Position numbers and translations under genes: made by a program. A stretch of 52,030 nucleotides of DNA, filler included, from Basidioascus undulatus (taxonomy: Eukaryota): NCBI GenBank assembly GCA_000826855.1. It is 3 parts of 3 records of this genome, joined end to end, with 100 filler letters (N's around TTAATTAATTAA, not from the genome) between each part and the next. Parts side by side here need not be neighbours in the genome. Positions count along the whole stretch, not along the records: positions 17,395 to 34,669 come from JTLS01000542.1; positions 34,770 to 52,030 come from JTLS01000543.1; 1 more part is not named here. One strand, written 5' to 3'. Positions 23,523 through 35,308 of this stretch are shown one piece after another. Each line of letters starts with the position of its first letter. Positions within the stretch are counted from its first letter, which is position 1. A model generated the notes under the pieces. It saw only the letters and a program-made list of their open reading frames with translations, ran no database searches and was not told the origin of the DNA.

Positions 23523-24373
23523 ATATCCAATAGGCTTGAGCACTGTTTACATCCATATCCACCTTCATACGTCCCTCCGCACTTCTACATCTGCTTTTGC
23601 GCCCACGTGAATTAAAACGCTCTGAGTGTCCGTTCTTTAGATGGCAAAGTCCCAATATAAAAATGTTTTGAACCCAAGGGTATTTTACAGACCCTGCCTG
23701 AATGCTTCGGAGAAAGTTTCGTCAACGCAACCGATCAGCCTAGGTGTGATAGGATAGCAATGCATTGCGAATGTACGGATCCCGCGTTGAAAAGCGGATG
23801 GCGCATATAGCGTCTGAGCAAGTGACAGTTACCGAAAGACCCAGAAAATCAAGCTGCCAAACCGCTGATGTCCTTCAAGTATCCTACCCTACCGGAACTG
23901 TGCAATAACTGGCCGTGCCACTTTCAGCGAGCGAACAGATAGCGCCTTCGCACTGTGCTCTCCTGCCAGGATAGTGGGGATGGCTTGAACTTGCCGAATA
24001 GGTCACATATGACATGAGTAGGGGATTCAGTAGAACAATTGACTGGTCATGGTGGAGGGAAGAGCCCCTGCCGGGAGTATGACAGGCACTGGGAACTCCA
24101 ACAATTACTGGGAGATCTTGGGGAAGAATCCGACTGAATGTCTGCACCCTCTTGTATGTCAATGCAGCGCAGCAGAGTGCCCCGCAGGGAGAAGACTCAG
24201 AGCAAGTCAAGCAGTTGTGAAATGGGTAAGCAACAGCGATATAGAAGATCGTGAGGAAGGGCATTACAGCAAAGCAACAGCAGGAGAAGATTAAACCAAA
24301 AGAAATGTAGTAAAGTGTCCCAAGCGAGTGTGCGAGATCCCACCGAGCCCGGCTCGACAGAAAAGCGCAGCAA

Positions 24374-25676
24374 TCAGACGTGGTACATGCCTGTGCAACG
24401 ATGTCAGCGACGATACGATGGGCGCCTAGGGGCTGCATGAAAGACACGCACCAGCAGCAGTGTACTTGAGCGCGCCGTAGTGCTCCAGCCGCTTCGTGAA
24501 GCGCCAGGTCAGGAAGTACATGTAGAACTGCGCGGCGTCATGTCCGTGAGTAATAGCGGCAGAGAGAACTGGGTCTTTCGAAGGCCGTACCTGGCACACG
24601 AAGTCGACGAGGAGCGAGATGACGAAGGCGGTGTACAGCTGGTCGGCACCGGAACTGCAGATACCCTTGGGGAAGGAGACGCCTTTGGACACGCATGTGT
24701 CAGACAGCATTGCCTGGCAACAGGTTGGGGCAAGGGCCGCGAAGACGTACTGTTGTTGTAGCCCGCCTCCTGAGAAGCACCCCAGAGCTGGCCACCGTTG
24801 ATACATTCCCACTCGATGTTGCCCTTGCTGTAAATCCGAACCCCATACGCGTTAGGACACTACGGCCTCTCCCTTAACAACGAAGGTCGAAAAGAAGCAG
24901 CAGCTCACGTTCGGTTCAGCTGGTAAATCATGAGACCGGCGCGAACGGCGGAGATGACGAGCAGGAACGGCCAGAGGAAGAAGCAGACGCGCGACCAGAT
25001 GTAGGAGTGCTATACGTGGAATTGGATTCGGAATAAGCGCGCTAGTGGCAAAGGGGCAGGTACGGACGTTGGACAGGGCCAGGAGCATGATCACGCAAAC
25101 AGCGACGATGGCGAGGGAGATACCGCCGTAGATCTGATGATGGCGGCAATGATCAGCTTCAAATATATTGAAAGAGTAAATCGGACTGTACTCACATACC
25201 ACTCAGGGTAACTGTAGTCGAGACAGTCAGAATGCATTGTACGTCTAAAATGAACAGGCTGCGCACGTGAAGAAGACGTATTCTGCATGCGATACAGCGC
25301 TGCGTCAGCTAAATACGTACCCCAAGTTCAATCTTATAGGAATCCTCACGGCCCCAAATAAGCAGGAACAGCCCGCCAGCCAAGCTGTAAGCCTGCACAT
25401 CCCATATTCCCGCTCAGTCCCTGTCCGAGAGCTGCGACCCATCGATGGAAGACGTACGGCTACGAAGACCGCCCACGCCATGGCACCGACGCGGAGAGGG
25501 AATACTGAGGCATTTCCAAGGCCGAAATCAGTGTTTTGCCTTGTTAACTCCTAGTATTTCGCTGAGGCCAGCCCTGGACGTACCGAGTAAGCCTGAACCG
25601 TCCCGACCCAAAGGTTAGATGGATGGCTCTCTCGTTCCAGAGGAAAGAACCGGCGCTTTCAATTGTCGCACCACAT
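24374..25676 (-). CDS. Four-TM membrane protein (conserved hypothetical)
   Basis: Splices to MWCDNCLLVFPLRVGAMAWAVFVAAYSLAGGLFLLIWGQYVFFTYPEWYIYGGISLAIVAVCVIMLLALSNHSYIWSRVCFFLWPFLLVISAVRAGLMIYQLNRTKGNIEWECINGGQLWG...GICSSGADQLYTAFVISLLVDFVCQFYMYFLTWRFTKRLEHY...GMYHV* with no stops. All introns are GT-AG except the first (GA-AG). Confidence 0.8.
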
Positions 25677-26997
25677 GATTAATGTAGTGGGAGGGTTCTG
25701 AAGAAAGGCGAAAGTCGCTAGGCGAGGATATGGATGCCGGCGAGAGTACGAGGCACGGTCGCTTTGAGGTTGTAGGTTGTCGAGGACGGGATAGGTAGAG
25801 TCGTTAGAATCGATTTTGTGTCGTGAGGATCGTGAGCGTGTCGTGTCTTGAGAGAGGTCGTAACAAGCAGGAGAGGACGAGGCGAAGCGAGAGGGGAGAA
25901 AGAAGAGGAACATCCGTCCGTGCCCCTGAGTGAGAACTGTGCGAGCCCCTATCTGCACGCAACCCCGGCCAATTTCGAACGGGTGAAATTGGCGCAGGAA
26001 CGGGCAGATTCTCGACATTTTGAGTGTGAATGCTCTTGAGCCCAAAAATCACACTCACAGACACGAGATATATGAAAGTGTCTTCAGCTGGAGCGTCATG
26101 AAGAACGCTGAAGCGAATGCAAAAAATCAAGCACTGCATACCGGGTGGTGTCCCAGACTTGCAAACCCCGAACAGTTCGCGAACTGCCCGTGGGTTTGTC
26201 ACGAACCTTTTGCACTTTCTGGGACGGACCTAATGAATCGCGATCAGCTCATCTGGTTCATCTCAAGCACCCAACTGTTCACGAGAGGTACCGCTTCCTC
26301 AAGACGAAGCGCTCATGAGAACCGTGCACCTGTGTCGGCGTGACAAGGTATAAATGTTGTGAGACACAGCTTACTTTCTTCTAGCAGATATTATCATGAG
26401 AATCATGAGATAGTTGGCAAGGTTACAAGCATAACGTATTGTGCGGGTTTGCCCCTGGTCTTCCCCTGACTCTGCCGCAAGCAGTCGCAAACACCGGCAG
26501 TTTCCGCGTGTTCTTTCGTCGGAACTTCGTCGGAACCGGGTGTTACAAAAAAGCTTTATCGATGTCTTGACAGGTCTTGTAAGACTTTTGTCTCAGCTGC
26601 TCACACACAAGGTGTTCGTGATACTCCTTCGTAAGGCGCACACAGTTGTGCAGCGACGACCGTTTACAGTGCGTACTGCTCCTTCGGCGTCCAATCAATC
26701 GCATTTGATGGCACCTGTTCTCAAGGGAAGTTTTTATATATCAGCCAATCTTCCTGTTCCAAAATGCCCAGCTCTCCTATGCGCGTGGAAGTACCAGCAT
26801 CTCGGTCGATTCGGAGGTGACCTCACGGATGTCCGCGGTCAGACCGCGCCGCATCCTGCTGAACGCGCTTCGCGCCGGGTCGCGTCGCCTTCATCCCAAC
26901 CGCGACTTTCTTTGCCTGCCTCCCCATCTCGCCCCCAGCAGGCGCATACGCAAAAGCTAGACATCGAGAACCTCCTTCACCCACACCAACGCCGGTC

Positions 26998-29900
26998 ATG
27001 GCGAAACGGAGCCGTGTCGTCGATGAGAACGACGACGGGAACGAGCTGGAGGAGCTCAGCCAGCAATCGGACGCGAGTCCTTCCGCCGTGCGCTCCTTCA
27101 TCTCCACTTCTTAGCGAGGTGGCATGCTCACTTGGAAGCGAGCACAGAAGAAGAAGGCTCGCACCTCGGGCGCGAGGCATGCGATGGACGAGGAGGAAGA
27201 CGAGGACGAGGAAGAGGAGGACGAGGAAGAGGGAGAGGAGGACGAGGACGATGAGGCGTTCGAGGCGGAGCACTCGCAGTACATCCGGGAGCAGATGCAG
27301 TCGCAGATGAACCAGAAAGGCGTGAATATCTTGATTCTTCTATTGATCTCCGCGGTACAATGATTGACGTGATTGTGCTGTTGCAGGGCATCGCGGAAGC
27401 GGGTATCATCCAGAAGGTCCAACTCGTCAACTTCATGTGCCACACGTTCCTCGAGTGTGGGTCTGAACCTAATCGAGCGTCTTCAAGTTCCTTTCTCAAT
27501 CCCTCTAATTACAGTCGAGCTCGGCCCCCAACTCAACTTCATCATCGGCCACAACGGCTCGGGCAAGAGCGCGATCCTCACGGGCATCACCATCGCGCTC
27601 GGCGGGCGCGCGAACTCGACCAACCGCGGCAACTCGCTCAAGTCGTTCATCAAGGGCGGCTGCTCGTGCGTCCCGCCCTCCCTCACCCACCTCCCCCGTC
27701 ACACGTCCCGCTGCACCGGCACATCGCTAATCGCATGCTCGCGGTCCAAACAGGTCGGCGCAGGTTACGCTCGAGCTCAAGAACACCGGGCCGGAGGCGT
27801 ACAAGCCGAAGGTCTACGGCAAGAAGATAGTCGTCGAGCGCACGATCAAGGACCAGGGCAGCTCGTACAAGCTCAAGGACTACAACAACAAGGTCGTCAA
27901 CGGCAACAAGGGCGAGCTCAACGCCATCTGCGATCACTTCATGATCCAGGTTGACAACCCGATGAACGTGCTCAGGTGAGTCCCGCTTCTTTTCCATTCA
28001 GCGCATGGTCTGACACTTCACCCGCGTTCTCACAGCCAGGACGCCGCCCGCCAGTTCCTTAGCGCGAGCCACGCGAAGGAGAAGTACCAGGTGCGCCTGG
28101 GTTTCCTCTGCGTCTGCGATGCTGGGCGTTAACGGCGGCCGGATATACAGTTCTTCCTCAAGGGCACGCAGCTCACACAGCTGTCCGAGGAGTACGAGAT
28201 GATTACGACGAACATCGGGAGCATGCACGACACCGTCCTCCGCAAGCGAGACGTCCTCCCCGAGCTGGAAGCGGCTCGGCGCCAGGCGTCCCAGCGCTTC
28301 AAGGAAGTTGAGCGCGCGCGAACCGAGAAGAGCAAACTCGAGGAGCTCAAGAAGGAGTACGCTTGGGCATTGCCCGTCGCCAAGGAGAAGGTGTGCGTCT
28401 TGCTCGTCGGTCAGCTCGACGCATTTCCATTTACACGGGGGATCGAGTAGGAGGTCAGGGCTCAGGAGGTCGAGGTCGAGCGCCTGCAGTCGCGCCTGCC
28501 TCAGCTGGACGAGAAGATCCGCGAAGCGCAGGGCCACCACGACTTCGCCAGCGCCGAGATCAACCGCCTCGAGGGCCTCATCGCGTCCGAGAACGAGGGC
28601 CAGGCGCCGTTGAAGACGCAGAAGGAACAGCTGCTCGCGTCGATCAACGAAGCCAAGAGCAAGCTGAAGGCTCTGAAGGCACGAAACGCTGCGCTTCATC
28701 AGTCTACGGTTGTGCTGACCTAGCGGGCGATGCACAGGATCAAGAGCGTCAGCTCAACGCCAACGTTTCCGAGCTCCGGGCGACTATCAACGACTTCCAG
28801 GGCAAGATCGACGCCGAGCACCAGCGGCGCCAGGTCGACAACACCGATAAGTACGCCTCGATCGAGGCCGCGATCGCGTCGCTCTCTGCGGAGGTCGAGA
28901 CCGCGAAGGAGACGGAGCGCGCCGCGAACGCCGAGTACCAGGAGATGCAGAGGCAACAGCAAGCCGACATGGCGGCGCTGGACGACCTGCGGCAGGAGGT
29001 CGACATGCGCCGCGGCGAGGCCCTTAACATCAGCAACCACATCCAGCAGATGCAGCGCGTCCAGGTCGACCACCTCAGCGCGTACGGGCAGAACGTGACG
29101 AGACTCCTGGACGACATCGCCCGCGAGCGCTGGACGGAGCGGCCGATCGGTCCGCTCGGTCGCCACGCCAAGCTCGTCGACCCGAAATGGGGCCCCGTCC
29201 TCGAATCCGTCCTTGGCCAAACTCTCGACTCGTTTGCCGTGTTCCACAACGACGACCGCACCAAGCTTCTGAAGCTCATGAAGAAGCACCGATGGTCGTT
29301 ACCTGTCCCTGTTCCTCATCGGCCCAATCTCAGTTAACGTTATTGCGTCGCCAGCTTCAACATGATCATCAAGCCTGGTCAGCGGTCGTTCGACTTTCGG
29401 CATGGCGAGCCCGATCCCGACTTCGCAACCATCGACCGCGTCCTATCGGTAGGTCAAAGGGTCTGTGCGCCAGTTTGTGGTGCACTGTCGCTGACGCTCG
29501 TTGCTTCCCAGTTCGACAACGACGTCGTACGTTGCATCTTCGTCGACCAGAACAAGACCGAGTCGTCCATCCTCGTTGAGCACCGCGCGGACGCCGACCA
29601 GATCATGCGCTCTCGTCCGGCGAACGTGGTCAACTGCTATGTGCTGAGAGGGCTTTTTAAGGTCGGCGGGTGAGTCGTCCCGCTAAGCGTTGCCCGTAGC
29701 GACCTGTACGCTTACGCATCGTGTCCTGTCTACAGCGTTGGCGTGGGCAGCTCGAACCAGACGCTCAACGCGCACAGGGGCGCACCTCGTCTGACGACGG
29801 ATGTTGCGAACGCTATTGCGTACGTTCGAGAGCGCTACGCTTCATGATCCCGGCTCATATCTTGCGCATAACAGTGAGGCGAAGCATCAACACCAAGAAG

Positions 29901-31765
29901 CGAATGCCGCTCTCGCTGCAGCTCAACACCGACAGCGAGACATCGAGAACAGGCGCATGAGTTACGAACGCCAGATCCAAGCTGCGAGGGTGCGTACATT
30001 ATCTTCCGTCTGCTGCTGCGCCACGTCACTGACAAGTCTGTAAACGCTCAACGCTCGACAGACTCGGGCTCGGAACGCAGCGAACACTCAACGCAGCTGC
30101 GCCGATCGGATCACGCGACACAAGGACGAGATGCGCGAAGACGAACCTCCCAATATCGGCGCAATGGAGGACGCGAAGAAGGTGCGCTGAGGCGGTGAAC
30201 GCTCGCACGCCCGTTAGCGTCTGATAAGGGTTATGCTCCCCTTCTTGCCAGGACACGGAAGACGAGTACAGCTCGCTCGTGCAGCAATTCGAGGGCATCG
30301 CGAACGATCGCGTCGAGCTGGAGGACGAGCTCCGGCCGCTCCATCAGCAATACGAGGAAGTGAAGCGAGCGCTCGATTCCTATGGCAACGAGCGTGCCAA
30401 ATTCACGGTGAGCTGCGTCTCATCCACTCTCCCTGTTCAACAAGCGCTGATCGGCCCGGGCGCCTATGCTAGACCGAGCTCGACACCGCCGTCACCGCTC
30501 GCATTACTGCTCAAAACGCCCTCACGCACCGCAACAAGCAGATGGCCGACGCTACTGCCAAGCTGGAGGCAGCAAAGCAGAACCTGGAAGCGCTGAGGGT
30601 CGAGCTCGAGGTGCGTTTGCATTCTGTCGCACCTGACGTGAGGACGTGAAGGGCACTCGACTCACCTTAAATTAGGGCGTCATCGCTCAAGCCGAAGAGT
30701 TCAGCGAACGTGTCCCGACCATCCGCTCGCAAGGCGAAATTCGGCGCGAGATTACGGGCATCGAGAACGCCCTGCGCACGCGCGAGGAACGGTCAGTGGC
30801 CCGCCTCATAGCTTTGTGTTTATAGATCGCTCAAGCGCTTGCTGCCGCATCAGTCAAGGCATGTCCGTCGAGGCGGTCACCGCTGAGTACAACAGGGCGA
30901 GCGAGGCATACGAAACGGCGCAGAGGACCGTCAAGGAGATGGAAGTGTTTATCAAGGTGCGCATTCCACTCTCGCTGCATCGCCACCTAGTGCTCATTCA
31001 AGGCGACTTGTCTGCAGGCGATGAAGAAGGCTCTTTCGATGCGCATGGACAAGTGGCTCGAGTTCCGCAAGTTCATCGCCCTCCGCGCAAAATACCTCTT
31101 CATGTACCACCTGTCGAACCGCGGCTACTACGGAAACATCACCTTCAACCACCATGACCGTCGTCTCGATCTCAAAGTACGCAGCGGTGCTTCAACGCGA
31201 GGTCCGGTCGGAGCTGAGTTGGCTGCCACGGCACTTGTCAGGTCCAAACGGACGACCAAATCGCGACGCAGAAGGGCTCGCGCGAGAAGGACCCCAAGTC
31301 GCTCTCGGGCGGCGAGAAGTCGTTCTCTACTATCTGCCTGCTGCTCTCGCTGTGGGAAGCGATCGGGTGCCCGATCCGTTGTCTTGATGAGTTCGACGTA
31401 CGCCGCACATTCCATTCCCTGCGTTGCCGATGTCAGCCAACCACGCCGGCTTGTGAAGGTCTTCATGGACGCCGTCAACCGCAAGATCAGCATGAAGATG
31501 ATGGTGCGTCCCTGTTTTGGCGCTCGGTCTTCGCGTGGCGCTGATCTTTCGTTTCGCCTCAGGTCGAGACCGCGAAGGCCGCGAATGGCATTCAGTACGT
31601 CCTCATCACGCCGCAGGACATGGCGAACGTCTCGCTCGTGCGTCGTTCTTCTTCAGACATTACTGACCTGTATGCTGATCGAGCTTGAGCGAGCCTGTCT
31701 TTCAGGGACCGGAGGTTCGTGTGCACCGCATGGCGGACCCGGAGCGAAGCAACGCGCGGGCGTGA
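26998..31765 (+). CDS. SMC6: Structural maintenance of chromosomes protein 6
   Basis: LVNFMCH; Walker [36 protein letters not shown]; hinge PIGPLGRH; signature [40 protein letters not shown]; coiled coils between. About 20 introns. Confidence 0.96.
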
Positions 31766-32261
31766 GGGACTTCGGGGGGAGGGGGGGTAGGAGGGACTTG
31801 GAGAGAGACTTTGAGAGAGGAAGGGTTGAACGGTCGCTTCTTCGCGCGTTCCGTTCCGTGTCATGTCTTCGCTTTCATTTTTCCGTTCTTACGCATATCC
31901 ATGTTGTCGTTTTCCTCCGCATATGTCACAAAGCATGTATTTACGCACGCGCTTGACACTCACTCTCGAAAGCCAAACGTGGAAGTGCCGAATCGGCTTG
32001 TTTTTAGTTCTCCTCTCACACCTGTCCGCCGTCTGGGGTCTTCCCCCTGCGATCGCCTCTTTGGAAAAAACAAAAGTAGCAGGACTGCAGGTCGGCGGCA
32101 AGCAAAAGATTGTCATTCGCCATGCACGAGTAACAACGAACGAGCGTCAGGGCAGAAGAACCAGCTCCTCCTGCCCGGCACGTAAGCCCCAAGACGAACA
32201 GCACAGCAATTAACTTCTATGTGAACAGTGTACGAAAAGTCTACGAGAGGTGAGAAGCAAC

Positions 32262-34337
32262 TCAAACCGCCTTGCGCTGCACGAGCTCGACCTTCGAGCC
32301 CGGCTCACCCGAGCGTTCCCGGCCCTCAAGGATCGTCTTCTCCACGAGGCTGTTGAATTCGGGCGCACGCTGTGAGTGCAGCGCGTGGCCGGTGTCCTGT
32401 TCCCCGCGTTGAATGTGAGTGCCGGGCTGCTCTTAGGAGGGAAGAAATGGGAATTACCTTCCACACAATGTATTCGGCCCTGGCGAGACGGTACTGTCGT
32501 CAGAGCCAGTACGTGGACTGGGAACGCGAGTGAAGAGGTATGAAGCGTACTCGGGTATTTGAGCGGCGAGATCAGCGGAGCAGGACGGTGCTGTAGAGGC
32601 ACGGCGTCAGCGTATCGCAAAGCGAATTGCACACAAGGGCCTGGAAGCTTGCCAACTAGATTGTCGTTATCGCCGGTTATGATTGTGATCTGTTTGGGAT
32701 GCAGGGAATGTCATAGGCGCTGCGTCTCGTGCGAAGCAGGATGTAGGCGCGGAACAGACCTTCGGCGTATTTTCAGCGACGAAGCGCAGCCGGTCGTGCG
32801 AGACGCGGTGCGTGAGCCCGGCAATCATCTGCGACAGCGCGCCGATGAACGTCTGCTTGCGGGTCATCATGTGTCGGTGAAGGTAGATCTGCGTTGTCCC
32901 TGCTTCCCGGTCAGCGCCCGGTTGTAGCGAGATGATACAGCAGCGAAGAGCGAGGGGGGCAGAAGCGATACCTACCTCCTTCTGCGTCTCGCGCCACGTC
33001 CGCCCCTTCTCGTCCGTCGGGTTGGGGGAGGCAAGCCACTTGAGGGGGAAGCTGGGTGATTGTCGGACATCGAGGGTGAGCGGTCGTGCAGAAGGGGTAC
33101 AGTACACGGCGTGGTGGGAACAGGGAAGGAAGAACACGTACACCATCTCAAGGACGTTCTCCATCTTCTCGGAGGGGTCGCTGATCGTGAAGAGCCGGAG
33201 GAGGGTGGTGAGGCCTTTCCACTGCGCAGGGGCGAGGGGTGAAGGGGTCAGTTCCATATCTGAGGAACGGATGAGGGGAGGCGGACGGCGGTGGACGTAC
33301 GGGAGGGAAGTTCCACAGCGGCCCGTAGCCGGGCGTGGTCACTGCCAGGACGAGCGACGCCAGCCGCTCGGGAATGCGCGTTGCGAGCTCGAGGGAGATC
33401 CTGTGCGCCCTCCGGCATGTCAGGAGCGAGGTGAGGAGAGGAGAAGAAATTAGAGAGGAGAACGCACATGCCGCCTAGGCTCACGCCGACTAGGTTGATG
33501 CTCCGCGTTTCTGTCCACCCGAGCAAGTCGAGCAAGATGATCACGTCTGTGCTTGGGCGAAGGTGAGGGGGGGATATCAGCGCCTTGCTGGAGGCAGAGT
33601 AGAGTGCAGGCACGAAACGAGCCTCACCTTCGGCCATGGCGCTCGTGCTCCATTAGACGGCAGGATCAGCGACAGGCCTGAGCAAGCGCTGGAGAGACTG
33701 AGAGCGCACCTATACGGCCCGCGCGGTGCGCTGGAGTTCCCCACAGCGCGGTTGTCGAACACGAGGATCTGGTACTTCCCCGTCGGGGCGAGGGCCTCGA
33801 CTTGCTTGATCCACCTATCCCGCACACGTACGGAGAGTCAGCTAACCAGCGGGCCGAAGAGGGGAGATGGGGACGCGCACCCGAAGCAGGACCCGTTCAG
33901 ACCCATGACGAGCACGAGCTTTTCTGCGTGGGGGTCGGAGGACCCGTGCACCTCTTCAGGGCGAAGGCGAAGTCCGCATTAGTAGGAACGGGGAAACGGA
34001 GAGGATGAACAGGGGGACATACCGAAATAGAGGCTGGTTTATGCGATTCGATCGATGCATCAATAACGTTGGGAGAACCAGGGGACGTGCGAGAAGCCTA
34101 CCTATGCGACTCGATCGGCGAGTGCTGGTCTTTGGTCACGGGGCACAGGCCCTTTCGGAGGCAGGTCTTGAAATCGAAGACAGTCCTGCCGTAAAGCCCA
34201 GTGCATTATGAGCGCGTGCCACTCGAATCCGTAACGATTCGAAGGCACGAAGGCTCTACGAACGGGAAGTCTGAGGGCTCGAGAGTGACGGCATCGGTAT
34301 CAGTCGAAGACGAAGGTGAGGTCGATGCCGTAGCCAT
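32262..34337 (-). CDS. Alpha/beta-hydrolase fold protein
   Basis: KGLCPV...LYFEVHG...LVLVMGLNGSCFGWIKQV, LVFDNRAVGNSSAP, nucleophile elbow LVGVSLGGM, ITGDNDNLV, TGHALHSQ. Confidence 0.9.
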
Positions 34338-34669
34338 GGTAGCAGATATGAGGAACGTGATGGCTGGAGGAAGAAGACGATGGGCTATATCGCAAACGAT
34401 TCAGAACGCGCTGATAAGGGACGAGCTTGAGGAAAGCGCTCGATGATTCGACTGGTCACCGAGTGGATGCTACTGGCGGTAAGAGGCAATTACTGTCCGA
34501 TGAATGTGTGAACGAAAGTGTCTATTAGAGAGGTGTGAAAAGAGCTCGAAGAGGAGGAGTTGAAGAGAAGGACAACGAGCGCTCGCGTGTGATCATCCTT
34601 CAAGCGCTCGCATGCACATTCAAACGCTCGACTTACGCGCGTCGCTGGTCAGCCGCGCCTCGCCCGCGT

Positions 34670-34769
34670 NNNNNNNNNNNNNNNNNNNNNNNNNNNNNNN
34701 NNNNNNNNNNNNNTTAATTAATTAANNNNNNNNNNNNNNNNNNNNNNNNNNNNNNNNNNNNNNNNNNNN
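34670..34769. other. Artificial contig linker
   Basis: 44 N + TTAATTAATTAA + 44 N, identical to 17295-17394. Confidence 0.98.
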
Positions 34770-35308
34770 ATGTCCATATCCATCGACTGCCATTGACATA
34801 AGTATAGGAACAGAGATGCGAAGTTTTGCGCTTTTCGAGGTCGTCGATTCGGCATGGCCGAGCCTTGCGAAGTTTACCCGGGGAGGAGAAGAGACAGCAA
34901 TGCTGAGCCGAAATAGCTACAAAGAGATTGCAGAAAGTGTCATGCGCTGCTGAGCGCTGAGCATGCGCACCGAGGCCTGGCTCGACGGCTAGGACACCCA
35001 GACTGAGCGAGCTCTCGAGAGGACCGCAACCACGCCACATATCTTCCTCATTAATTTCTGCATGCTTTTTCGTCCGACTCGGTCTCCATAACATCAATGC
35101 GGTTTAGACAAAGCTATATGCCATGGAACTTTGCGGCTGTCGGTCTGAACGAATGGGTCTGCGGACGCTCAAGCCTGAACAGGGCCAGCCGCTGCTTGGA
35201 CTGTGCAACCATGCAGCCAATTCAGTCATTTCATTCGTTGCACAACAGACATCAAGCGAAAATGCATCGAAACAATCTGGAGGCGCTCTCCCGAGTCCTC
35301 TCTCAGTA

